Translations under genes and position numbers: made by a program
Notes under the pieces: generated by a model
Databases searched by the model: none
What the model was told of the DNA's origin: nothing
Seen by the model: the letters and a program-made list of their open reading frames with translations, nothing else
Shown here: piece by piece, positions 24,641-33,325 of the stretch
Numbering within the stretch: the first letter of the stretch is position 1
How the letters are laid out: each line of letters starts with the position of its first letter
Assembly (NCBI GenBank): GCA_031271175.1
Contig: JAISWE010000190.1
Location: forward strand, 27 to 64,026
DNA length: 64,000 nt
Source of the DNA: Bacteroidales bacterium
GTDB taxonomy: Bacteria; Bacteroidota; Bacteroidia; Bacteroidales; UBA4181
Reading direction: 5' to 3'

Positions 24641-24727
24641 AAGTGAAAAGAGAAGAGTGAAGAGTGAAAAACAAGAACGGGTTTGCCGTTTTGTGCTCTT
24701 CACTCTTTTCATTTTTCACTCCCACTC
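24641..24727. repeat. purine/pyrimidine heptad inverted repeat, related to 7257-7363
   Basis: The purine arm is aagtgaaaagagaagagtgaagagtgaaaaacaagaa. The central hairpin is aacgg-gtttg-ccgtt. The pyrimidine arm is ctcttca ctctttt cattttt cactccc. An 11-bp stem agagtgaagag/ctcttcactct can form. Confidence 0.7.
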
Positions 24728-24779
24728 ATCACTGGCTGTGTGATGGGACTTTTCATGTAATACTAACGGAGGCCAAGTT

Positions 24780-24974
24780 ATGAAGGATGTAATATTTACT
24801 GTAAGCTTCATTTTGTCATTTTTGTTGTTGGGAGTTATATGGCTGTGCGAAAAGAAAAAAATCAAATTTATTAATCTAAAATATCAAAGAATCATAGGAA
24901 TAACAGCGATAATATTGTGGGCTGTTTGGAGTATATCTGACCTTGTAGACTTTTTGAAGGATGTTTTTGCCTAA
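24780..24974 (+). CDS. small two-TM membrane protein in an AT-rich patch
   Basis: 64 aa with SD ggagg 9 nt upstream. It has two hydrophobic helices separated by KKKIKFINLKYQR. Confidence 0.55.
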   Translation: MKDVIFTVSFILSFLLLGVIWLCEKKKIKFINLKYQRIIGITAIILWAVWSISDLVDFLKDVFA

Positions 24975-24990
24975 CCCCCGCAACCACCAC

Positions 24991-25023
24991 AAAAAAGCCG
25001 CACCAATTGGTGCGGCTTAAAAA
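24991..25023 (-). terminator. minus-strand-oriented intrinsic terminator with no minus-strand gene to its right
   Basis: agccgcacc-aatt-ggtgcggct (24996-25017). A T6 run follows the hairpin only on the minus strand. On the plus strand the hairpin is followed by taaaaaaa. Confidence 0.55.
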
Positions 25024-25050
25024 AACGAAAGAAACAAAGAGCTATAAAAA

Positions 25051-25085
25051 CTTTCAACTTTCAACTTTCAACTTTCAACTTTCAA
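25051..25085. repeat. (CTTTCAA)x5 perfect heptamer tandem repeat at the junction
   Basis: ctttcaa is read five times without interruption. The tract ends 9 nt before the SusD stop codon. Confidence 0.95.
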
Positions 25086-25094
25086 TTGTTTATG

Positions 25095-26873
25095 TCATTC
25101 CCATCCGGTATTTTGCCAATTGACGCCGGTATGCGTTCTCATTTTGATGGCTTCGCTTTGCGGCAGGGGATAGAGGTAATATTTTTCCTGCCAGGAGGCG
25201 CGTTCAAATCCGATCCTGGTATAGGTCAGGTTGCTGCCGTTTTGGGTGATGCTCATTCCCGTGAGGTAATGTTCCGTTTCTTCGAGTATTTTCCATCTCC
25301 TGACGTCGAAGTAGCGATGTTCTTCAAAAGCAAATTCTATCCGTCGTTCATTGCGGTATTTTTTTTCAAACGCTTCTTTCGACAGGCCTGCCGGGAAAAT
25401 TTTCATGCCAGCCCTGTCGCGCACGGCGTTTACTGCATCGCAGGCGCTGAAGCGGTAGTTCCGTCCTATCTCTATTTTTTCGTCGGGGCCATGCGACTGG
25501 TAGGCCGTTTCGGCAAAATTGAGGTATATCTCGGCCATTCGGAGCAGGCGTACTGCCCCGTCGGCATTGTTGTCGCGCTCGGATTTCCAGTTGTTGTACT
25601 TTCTCAGGTAATAGCCCGTGCGGGTGGTTCGGCGGTCGGCGACGGTAATGCCGTCGGGTTCGCCCACGCAGGTGTTCACCGTCGGCGCGCCGGCGGCAGG
25701 CAGCGTTCTCGGCGCTCCGTTATAATAGATGGTGGCATAAAAACGGGGATCGCGTCCTTCGTAGGGATGGTCGGGATCGTATCCGGAAGCGGCGTTGATG
25801 ATGGGGTTCAGGTGCTGTTCGTCCCTGTAGCCGGTGATGGGCGGTTCGCCCGTTGCCAGCATTTCGTAGCTGTCCACCAGTTCCTGCGTAGGACAGGGGC
25901 CGGCTTTGAGCTGTCCGGGCGTAGAAGGCATTCCTGCGGAACTCCACACTTCCACCGCCGTTCTGCCGTAGATGGTTTCCTTGTCGTAGGCCCGCTGTTC
26001 GTCGGGGCGGGTGATGAAATAGAGCGCATAGCTGTTTTGCGCGATAGCCGGCTTCGGCGTGTCCTCAAAGAGTTCGTATCCGTGGCTGAGGCACTGGTAG
26101 AGCGCTTCGCCGGTGATTTTGGTAGCTTCCTCCAAGCTATAGCCTCCATCGTTCCACAGGGGGCTTATGGCGTAAGTGACGGCCTGCGACTTGATGGCAT
26201 GGGCGACAGCCCGCGTCATGATGCCCGCCTGCCCGTAGAAGACGTTCCACGAAAAACCCCGTTGTACGTCCGGACGCGCCAGGGCGGAATCGCAGTCGGC
26301 CAGAATCTGCTTTACCACTTCCCCGAAAGGCGCCCGAGTGTCGGCGCCGTAATCGTGATCGACGGTATAAGCCTCCGTGATAATGGGAACGGCGCCATAT
26401 CGCTTGATCAGCTGAAGATAATAAAACGCCCGCAAGGTATAAACTTCCGCACTCATCCCGCTGACTTCCGCTTCCGTGAGCATCACGTCTTCCGCCACCA
26501 CATGGCGGATGTTGGCCAGGAAGATATTGCACTTGCGAATGCCTTCGAAATAGCTGCTCCACGGATTGCCGTCGGTAGCGGAAAAGGAAGCGGCATTGTA
26601 CACGTTGCCGTACCAGTAGCTGTACAGCGAGTTGGCAAAATTACCGTCGGCTTCCTGCGCATCGTCGCAAAGCGCCGAACGGTTGTAGTGGGTTACCGGC
26701 ACGTAGAGGTAACAGGCGTTACGGTACGCGCCGATGCCCCCTTTGGTGGCAAACACTTTCGGTATCGTGCTTCGCCCGTCGTTTTCCATTTCCAGCAGGT
26801 CGTTGCAGGAGGTGTAAATGAGTCCTGCACCGACCGAGAACCATACCATCACATATTTTTTCATTGCATCCAT
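25095..26873 (-). CDS. SusD/RagB-family nutrient-binding outer-membrane lipoprotein
   Basis: 592 aa with the lipoprotein signal MKKYVMVWFSVGAGLIYTSC. It has SusD-like helical repeats and ends ...NWQNTGWE. It lies directly downstream of a susC fragment. Confidence 0.85.
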   Translation of the reverse strand: MDAMKKYVMVWFSVGAGLIYTSCNDLLEMENDGRSTIPKVFATKGGIGAYRNACYLYVPVTHYNRSALCDDAQEADGNFANSLYSYWYGNVYNAASFSATDGNPWSSYFEGIRKCNIFLANIRHVVAEDVMLTEAEVSGMSAEVYTLRAFYYLQLIKRYGAVPIITEAYTVDHDYGADTRAPFGEVVKQILADCDSALARPDVQRGFSWNVFYGQAGIMTRAVAHAIKSQAVTYAISPLWNDGGYSLEEATKITGEALYQCLSHGYELFEDTPKPAIAQNSYALYFITRPDEQRAYDKETIYGRTAVEVWSSAGMPSTPGQLKAGPCPTQELVDSYEMLATGEPPITGYRDEQHLNPIINAASGYDPDHPYEGRDPRFYATIYYNGAPRTLPAAGAPTVNTCVGEPDGITVADRRTTRTGYYLRKYNNWKSERDNNADGAVRLLRMAEIYLNFAETAYQSHGPDEKIEIGRNYRFSACDAVNAVRDRAGMKIFPAGLSKEAFEKKYRNERRIEFAFEEHRYFDVRRWKILEETEHYLTGMSITQNGSNLTYTRIGFERASWQEKYYLYPLPQSEAIKMRTHTGVNWQNTGWE

Positions 26874-26876
26874 GAT

Positions 26877-28397
26877 TTAGAATTTTATACTTAATCCGAT
26901 ATTGTAAATCCGGTACACCGGGATGGACATAAAGTGTCCTTCCGGGCCGTAGTCGTCTGTGTCTAAGTGGTGCCACGTGAGCAGATTTTGTCCGCTCAGC
27001 AGCAGCCGTACCTTTTCCGCGCCGATGAGCCTTGCCGCCCTGTCGGGAAAGGTATAGCCTATTTCGAGGTTTTTCAGCCGCAGATACGATTTGTTTTCCA
27101 GCCAGAACTCTCCTGCTTCGTGGTTGGCGTTGGCTTTGGTGGAGAGCGCGGGAAAAGTGATCTTTTCGCCTTTGGCATAACGTTCTTCCGTCCATGCATT
27201 GCGGTGCAGTGTGCCGTACACGCCTTCAAAGCTGTATTCCACGCGGCCGTCGCCCTGTAATATTCCGTAGAGGCCGCCCACTCCCTGAAACATGACGTTC
27301 AGGTCGAAATTGCCGAAGGTCGCTCCTGCATGAAAGGCATAGGTGTAGAGCGGTTGGCTGCCGAACCCGATCGGCGCCTTGTCCTTTTCGTTGATGATGC
27401 CGTCATTGTTCAGGTCGTAATATTTCAGGTCGCCCACTCTCGGCGTTCCTATTTCATACAGCAGGCCGCTTCCGATCAGTTCTTCCGCGCTGTTGAAATA
27501 GCCGTTGCCGTTGTGCCGGTCTGTCAGGTAGCCGAACTGCTGTCCCACAGGATAGCCTTCTTCCCATTTGCGCCAGGCATAATCTTCCGCCCGTTCGCTT
27601 TCGTCCGAAAAAATGATCCTGTTTTCGGTATGCGCCAGCCATCCTCCGAGATGGAAAGAAAAGCGGCGGTTCACGGTTTTGATGTAATCGGCTGCCAATT
27701 CGTAGCCTTTGTTTTCAAAGAGGCCGTTGTTCACTTTCGGGAAATTATCCAGTGGGACGCCCTGGTAAAGCGGGGTAACGGATATTCCGCCACAGATCAT
27801 GTTGTTGATTTTTTCCCTGAAAATGTCTGCCGAGAAGGATATGTTTCCCCACAGGGAGAGGTCGATCCCGTAGTTTTGGCGGACGGATATTTCCGGCATC
27901 AGGTTGGGGTTGGCGATCTGTCCTTCGTAAGCGTATCCGCTGGTAAGGGAGATATTGTCCAAGTAGGTATATCTTCCCAGCCCGCACTGGTCATTGGCGG
28001 CCTGTCCGTAAGAGGCTCTCAGTTTGAGCAGGCTGAGCCATGAAAGGTCGCCGGCGAAGGCTTCTTCCGACACCACCCATCCCACCGCGACCGCTTGTAC
28101 CGGCGTAAACCGTTTTTTTCTGGAATACTGGTCAGACCCGCTATATCCCAGATCGTATTTGACCAGATAGCGTCCGTTATATGCATAGGCTAATTCCAGC
28201 CCTGTGTTCACCCGTTTGTAGGGAAACACTTCGGTGGGCGTCACCAAGTTCTGGAAATGGGAAAAGGCGAAAGCAGCGATGTCATGTTTGCCGAAGCTGC
28301 GTTTGTAGTCAAGTACGCCCTTGTAGTTCAGGTTATAGTAGAATGAGGATGTTTTTCCGTAGGACAGCGGCGTGTCCACCGCCGTAACAACCGACAT
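26877..28397 (-). pseudogene. C-terminal half (about 506 aa) of a SusC/RagA TonB-dependent transporter; 5' half missing
   Basis: The beta-barrel-type sequence ends ...YRIYNIGLSIKF. There is no plug, CarboxypepD_reg domain or signal peptide. The frame closes at a TGA just upstream of 28397. Confidence 0.7.
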
Positions 28398-31326
28398 AGA
28401 CGGCAGTTTTACTATTAGTGTAAAGCCTGAGGATCAGTTGGAAGTGTCCTTTGTCGGTTACGAGTCGCAAACCGTTGCGGTGGGCGAACGGAAAGTGATC
28501 GCCGTGCAGCTCAAACCCAAAGCCGACGAACTGGAAGAGGTGACCATCGTGGCCTTCGGCAAACAGAAAAAGGAAAGCGTGGTGGCATCCGTTACCACCA
28601 TCAACCCTGCCGAACTGAAAGTGCCTTCCAGCAACCTGACCACTGCCCTGGCAGGCAACATGGCGGGGGTGATCGCCTACCAGCGAAGCGGAGAGCCGGG
28701 AAAGGACAATGCCGACTTCTTTGTCAGGGGCATCACCACTTTCGGAACCAACACAAGCCCGCTGATCCTCATTGACGGTATCGAGCTGACCTCTACCGAT
28801 CTGGCGCGACTGCAACCCGACGACATCGCCAGCTTTTCCATCATGAAAGATGCTACTGCTACTGCCTTATACGGCGCGCGCGGAGCCAACGGCGTCATAT
28901 TGGTGACCACCAAACAGGGCGCCGCCGGGCCGGCAAAAATCTCCCTGCGTGTGGAAAATTCCCTTTCCATGCCCACCCGCAACGTGGAACTGGCCGATCC
29001 GATCACCTATATGCAATTGCACAACGAGGCTGTGCTTACCCGCGAACCGCTGGCAAGGCTTCCCTATTCGGACGACAAAATCCGATATACCGCCGAAGGC
29101 AAGTATCCGCTTTATTATCCGCAAACCGACTGGATGGACATGTTACTCAAAAATTATACCATGAACCAGCGGGCCAATCTGAGTGTCAGCGGGGGCGCAG
29201 ACATCGCCAAATACTATGTGGCCGCTTCCTTCGCCAAAGACAACGGCATCCTGAAAGTGGACAAACGCCAGAATTTCAACAACAACATCGACAACAAATC
29301 TTATACCCTGCGCGCCAATGTCAATATCAACCTGACGAAAACCACCGAACTGGCGGTACGCTTAAGCGGCTCCTTCGACGATTACAGCGGGCCGCTCACC
29401 GGCGGAACAGATATGTACAACCTGATCATGCATACCAATCCCGTACTTTTTCCCGCTTATTTCCCCGTAACGGAGGACAGCAAATTTATCAACCATATCA
29501 TGTTCGGCAACCATCCGGACGGATATACCAATCCCTACGCCGAAATGGTACGGGGCTACAAAGACTGGTCGCGTTCGCAACTGCTGGCGCAGTTGGAAGC
29601 AAAGCAGGATATGAACTTCCTTACCGAAGGGCTTTCTGTCAGGGCAATGCTGAATATTTCGCGTTTGGCGCAGTTTTCCGTCAACCGTTTTTACATTCCC
29701 ACCTATTACGCTATCGGCAGCTTTGATAAAATGACGGGCGAATATAGCCTGAAGCGGCTGAACGAAAACGGAACGGAGTATCTGGATTACGGCGAAAACC
29801 CGGGCGACAGGATGATCAACTCCACCTTCTATTTTGAAGGAATGCTCAACTATGCGCGCGACTTTGCCGAAAAGCACAGCGTGAGCGGTTTGCTCGTTTT
29901 CATGGCGCGCAACGAACTGTATGCCAACGCCGGTACCCTGCAACTGTCGCTCCCCTCGCGCAATCTCGGACTGTCGGGACGCCTGACCTACGGCTACGAC
30001 AAGCGCTACTACACCGAGCTTAACTTCGGCTACAACGGCTCCGAGCGTTTCCACCCCGACCACCGTTTCGGCTTTTTCCCTTCGGGGGGCATTGCATGGA
30101 ACCTTTCCAACGAAACATTCTGGGAACCGCTCAAACCGGTGGTATCCAACCTGAAGCTGCGCTATTCCTACGGACTGGTGGGCAATGACCAGATAGGAGC
30201 CGCAACGGACAGGTTCTTTTACCTTTCGGAAGTGAGCATGAACGATCCGGCAAAAAGTCGGACTTTCGGCAGGGAAAAGGGAGAAAGCCTGAACGGCGTG
30301 ACCGTCAATCGGTATGCCAATCCCGACATTAGCTGGGAGGTGGCCGTCAAACAAAATTTCGCCCTGGAACTGGGGTTGTGGGAAAAGCTCAGCATCATTG
30401 CCGAATATTTCATCGAATACCGCAAGAATATCCTGATGGCGAGGGCTTCCATACCCTCGACCATGGGACTGTCGGAGGTGATGAAAGCCAATGTGGGAGA
30501 AGCTTCGGGACATGGCGTGGACATCAGCCTGGAATACCAGCAGAACTGGACTACGGAGTTCTGGACTTCGGCGCGCGCCAATTTCACCTACGCTTCCAGT
30601 CGCTACGAGGTATATGAAGAACCGCAATATCAGGAATACTGGCGCCTGCACGAAGGCAAAAAGCTTTCCCAGGAATACGGCTACATTGCCGAGCGGCTGT
30701 TCATCGACGACAAAGAGGCCGCCAACTCGCCGCCGCAGGAAATAGGCAATGAACCCTATGGGGGAGGCGACATCAAATATACCGATGTGAGCGGCGACAA
30801 AAAAGTCAATACGGCAGACGTCGTGCCGATCGGCAATCCTCTCGTCCCGGAAATCGTATATGGGTTCGGCTTCTCCACAGGCTACAAGGGATGGGATGTA
30901 TCGGTATTTTTTCAAGGCGCCGCCAACGAATCATTTTGGATCGACGCGGCGAGCACTGCTCCCTTCCAGTCACACACCCAGTTGCTGAAAGCTTATGCCG
31001 ACAGCCACTGGAGCGAAGCCGACCAGGACGAATATGCCCTCTGGCCGCGACTGAGTAACAAACTGGTCAGCAATAATGTCGCCCGCAGCACATGGTTCAT
31101 GCGCGACGGAGCCTTTTTGAGGCTCAAACAGGCGGAAATCGGTTATACGATCCCCGGCAAATGGCAACAAAAACTGCGAATCGGACAGTTGAGATGCTAT
31201 CTCAGCGGAACCAACCTGTGGCTGTTGAGCAAATTCAAACTTTGGGATGTGGAAATGGCCGGCAACGGATTGGGGTATCCCATCCAGAAAGTATTCAATA
31301 TAGGATTAAATGTAACTTTTAATTAA
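28372..31326 (+). CDS. SusC/RagA TonB-dependent transporter lacking its first ~60-70 aa (no signal peptide); probably inactive as it stands
   Basis: The ORF opens right after an in-frame TAG (28360-28362), in the middle of the CarboxypepD_reg-like domain (..TTDIDGSFTISVKPEDQLEVSFVGYESQ..). The plug (FGKQKKESVVASVTTI) and barrel are complete and end ...NIGLNVTFN. Confidence 0.75.
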   Translation: MSTAVTTDIDGSFTISVKPEDQLEVSFVGYESQTVAVGERKVIAVQLKPKADELEEVTIVAFGKQKKESVVASVTTINPAELKVPSSNLTTALAGNMAGVIAYQRSGEPGKDNADFFVRGITTFGTNTSPLILIDGIELTSTDLARLQPDDIASFSIMKDATATALYGARGANGVILVTTKQGAAGPAKISLRVENSLSMPTRNVELADPITYMQLHNEAVLTREPLARLPYSDDKIRYTAEGKYPLYYPQTDWMDMLLKNYTMNQRANLSVSGGADIAKYYVAASFAKDNGILKVDKRQNFNNNIDNKSYTLRANVNINLTKTTELAVRLSGSFDDYSGPLTGGTDMYNLIMHTNPVLFPAYFPVTEDSKFINHIMFGNHPDGYTNPYAEMVRGYKDWSRSQLLAQLEAKQDMNFLTEGLSVRAMLNISRLAQFSVNRFYIPTYYAIGSFDKMTGEYSLKRLNENGTEYLDYGENPGDRMINSTFYFEGMLNYARDFAEKHSVSGLLVFMARNELYANAGTLQLSLPSRNLGLSGRLTYGYDKRYYTELNFGYNGSERFHPDHRFGFFPSGGIAWNLSNETFWEPLKPVVSNLKLRYSYGLVGNDQIGAATDRFFYLSEVSMNDPAKSRTFGREKGESLNGVTVNRYANPDISWEVAVKQNFALELGLWEKLSIIAEYFIEYRKNILMARASIPSTMGLSEVMKANVGEASGHGVDISLEYQQNWTTEFWTSARANFTYASSRYEVYEEPQYQEYWRLHEGKKLSQEYGYIAERLFIDDKEAANSPPQEIGNEPYGGGDIKYTDVSGDKKVNTADVVPIGNPLVPEIVYGFGFSTGYKGWDVSVFFQGAANESFWIDAASTAPFQSHTQLLKAYADSHWSEADQDEYALWPRLSNKLVSNNVARSTWFMRDGAFLRLKQAEIGYTIPGKWQQKLRIGQLRCYLSGTNLWLLSKFKLWDVEMAGNGLGYPIQKVFNIGLNVTFN

Positions 31327-31334
31327 AAAACAGC

Positions 31335-33275
31335 ATGAAAAAAAGTAAAAAAACACCGAACGTACGGCGCAGCTATGCCGCACGCGGCATAGGATGTCTC
31401 ATCATGGCGCTGGCCTGCTGGTGCATGGCCTGCAACAAATGGATAGACGTAGTGCCGGAAGGTATCAGCGAACTGGGCAATGCTTTCTCCCTTAGAAGCG
31501 AAGCCAAAAAATACCTCTACACCTGTTATTCCTACATGCCTGCACACGGCAATCCAGAGGGCGATCCCTCCATAACGGGCGGAGACGAACTGTTCCACGT
31601 TTTCGACTATGGCTGGACATGGGTATCGAACGCAGGCGGTTACCTTTCCCGGGGGCAGCAACATGCGGGCAATGTGCTGTTCAACGACTGGGGGGGGATG
31701 TACCGGGGTATCAGGGACTGCAATATTTTCCTGGAAAATGTGGCTTCCGTACCCGACCTCCGGCAAACGGAAAGAGACCGGTGGATAGCAGAAGCGAACT
31801 TCCTGAAAGCCTATTACCACTTTTGGTTGCTGCGCAAATACGGCCCCATACCGCTTATCAGGGAGAACCTGCCGATCAGCGCCGGAGTGGAGGAAGTGCG
31901 GGTGTGGCGCGAGCCTGTGGACACCTGCGCCAACTATATCATACGGCTGATTGAACGGGCAATACCGTCGCTTCCGCTGTTTATCACCAATGAAACGGAG
32001 GAGCTGGGACGCATCACGCAAGTGATAGCCCGCGCCGCCAAAGCCAAAATATTAGTGACCATGGCCAGCCCGCTCTTCAACGGCAACACCGACCAGGCCA
32101 CCCTGCGCAACAGCCCCGACGAGCCGTCGCTTTTCGATCAGGAGTCACGGATCGAAAAATGGAACAGGGCGCTGCAAGCCTGCGAAGAAGCCATTGCCGC
32201 CTGCGAAGAAGCCGGCATCAACCGCCTCTACAGGTATCCGGGCAACCCGCGCTACACCCTTTCCAACGAAATCATACAGCAACTCACCCTGCAATGCGCC
32301 TTTACCGAAAAATGGAACGAGGAAATAATCTGGGGCGACTCGGGACAGGCGATCCACCTCGGTCTGGTTCTCTCCTGTTTGACGGCGCTGAACCCCAGTT
32401 TCGCCACCAATATCAACTATTTTAAAAACGATATGGCTGTCCCGTTGAAAATAGCCGAAATGTTTTACTCTAAAAACGGCGTACCCATCAACGAAGACAA
32501 AACCTGGAATTACGGACTGAGAAACGAACTTCGGACGGCCGGAGCAAACGAAAAAATGTACATCCGGCAGGGGGAAACTACCGCCAACCTGCATTTCGAC
32601 CGCGAACCCCGCTTCTATGCATTCATAGGCTTCGATCGGGGAATATGGTACGGACACGGACAATATGAAGATTCCAAAACAAGCGACCTGTTTTATGCCA
32701 AATATCGGCTGGGAGAACTCACCGCCGGAGAAAGCCGCGCCACTTGTGCTGCAAAAAAATACGACCATTTTGAGAACGAACAAACCAAAGTCAATGACTA
32801 TGGAGGGCCAATCACCGTATGGCCGGTGATGCGCCTGAGCGACCTCTACCTGCTGTATGCCGAAGCCCTGAACGAAGCCGCCGATTCGGAAACCAACAGA
32901 GCCTTGGCACGGCAATATCTGAACCGCATCCGGGATCGCGCCGGATTAGGCACGGTGGAACGCTGCTGGGACGACTTCTCTTCCACCCCCGACAAATACA
33001 AAACGCAAGCCGATTTGCGGAATATCATCCGGCAGGAACGGACGATAGAACTGGCCTTTGAAGGACAGCGTTTCTGGGACATCCGCAGGTGGAAAACAGC
33101 CGCTCAGGAATACGAAACACCCATTGAAGGATGGAACTGGGAAGGAATAGGACTGCTGTTCTATCGACGGCAGTTCATCTTCAAACAGCAGTTCGGAATA
33201 AAGGATTATTTCTGGCCGATCGCCAACAGCGAACGGGACGTCAACCCCAACTTAGTGCAAAACATCGGATGGTAA
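31335..33275 (+). CDS. SusD/RagB-family lipoprotein
   Basis: 646 aa with signal Cys (MACNKW). It has SusD-like motifs (LRKYGPIPLI, RFWDIRRWK) and lies immediately after susC. Confidence 0.85.
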   Translation: MKKSKKTPNVRRSYAARGIGCLIMALACWCMACNKWIDVVPEGISELGNAFSLRSEAKKYLYTCYSYMPAHGNPEGDPSITGGDELFHVFDYGWTWVSNAGGYLSRGQQHAGNVLFNDWGGMYRGIRDCNIFLENVASVPDLRQTERDRWIAEANFLKAYYHFWLLRKYGPIPLIRENLPISAGVEEVRVWREPVDTCANYIIRLIERAIPSLPLFITNETEELGRITQVIARAAKAKILVTMASPLFNGNTDQATLRNSPDEPSLFDQESRIEKWNRALQACEEAIAACEEAGINRLYRYPGNPRYTLSNEIIQQLTLQCAFTEKWNEEIIWGDSGQAIHLGLVLSCLTALNPSFATNINYFKNDMAVPLKIAEMFYSKNGVPINEDKTWNYGLRNELRTAGANEKMYIRQGETTANLHFDREPRFYAFIGFDRGIWYGHGQYEDSKTSDLFYAKYRLGELTAGESRATCAAKKYDHFENEQTKVNDYGGPITVWPVMRLSDLYLLYAEALNEAADSETNRALARQYLNRIRDRAGLGTVERCWDDFSSTPDKYKTQADLRNIIRQERTIELAFEGQRFWDIRRWKTAAQEYETPIEGWNWEGIGLLFYRRQFIFKQQFGIKDYFWPIANSERDVNPNLVQNIGW

Positions 33276-33325
33276 GCACAAAACAGTAAAAAATCATCAT
33301 TAAATAATACTAAAAAATAACAGGT

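Larger units (their letters stand above)
7672..24727. mobile_element. integrated serine-recombinase element (ICE/IME-like), about 17 kb; both ends approximate
   Basis: A recombinase at one end lies next to a tRNA. The element carries a relaxase-like gene, a T4CP-like ATPase, a VirB6-like gene, an orphan methyltransferase, cargo adhesin genes and an HTH gene at the far end. By eye the backbone (7.6-14.8 kb) is more GC-rich than the cargo (15-23 kb) and the host flank. The left junction should lie between about 7,672 and 7,760. The right junction is anywhere from 24,134 to 25,085. Confidence 0.7.

Noticed and set aside
7672-24727. The integrated element considered as a prophage or phage satellite.
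   Set aside because: I saw no capsid, portal, terminase, tail or lysis genes among the ORFs. The content (T4CP-like ATPase, relaxase-like protein, VirB6-like protein, adhesin) points to a conjugative or mobilisable element.
1-25085. The left 25 kb considered as a genuine Firmicutes-derived genomic island inside a Bacteroidota chromosome.
   Set aside because: This is judged unlikely rather than disproved. The segment includes housekeeping ppa, two tRNAs, its own promoters, SD signals and terminators, and host-like flanks around a separately integrated element. The join has no plausible integration signature on the Bacteroidota side. Read-level evidence is needed, as set out in the junction finding.
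25086-26894. 602-aa plus-strand ORF covering the whole SusD gene. Similar long antisense ORFs occur at 29362-30915, 32145-32915, 33797-34537, 35500-36426, 37793-38473, 42760-43632 and 49175-49696.
   Set aside because: These share codon boundaries with the real genes on the opposite strand (checked for 25086/25095 and 42721/42760). They stay open only because the sense genes avoid the codons TTA, CTA and TCA. In glsB the antisense ORF ends exactly at the two TTA codons and the one TCA codon. Their translations are R/G/V/F-rich low-complexity sequences with no recognisable domains. The sense strands carry clear SusC/SusD/Big_2/GNAT signatures.
28355-28400. The head-to-head susC junction considered as an active invertible shufflon.
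   Set aside because: It is not supported by what is visible. The two genes are truncated at very different positions (about aa 500 versus about aa 65). No extended inverted repeats flank the breakpoint and no recombinase gene lies nearby. It is kept only as one alternative in the finding.
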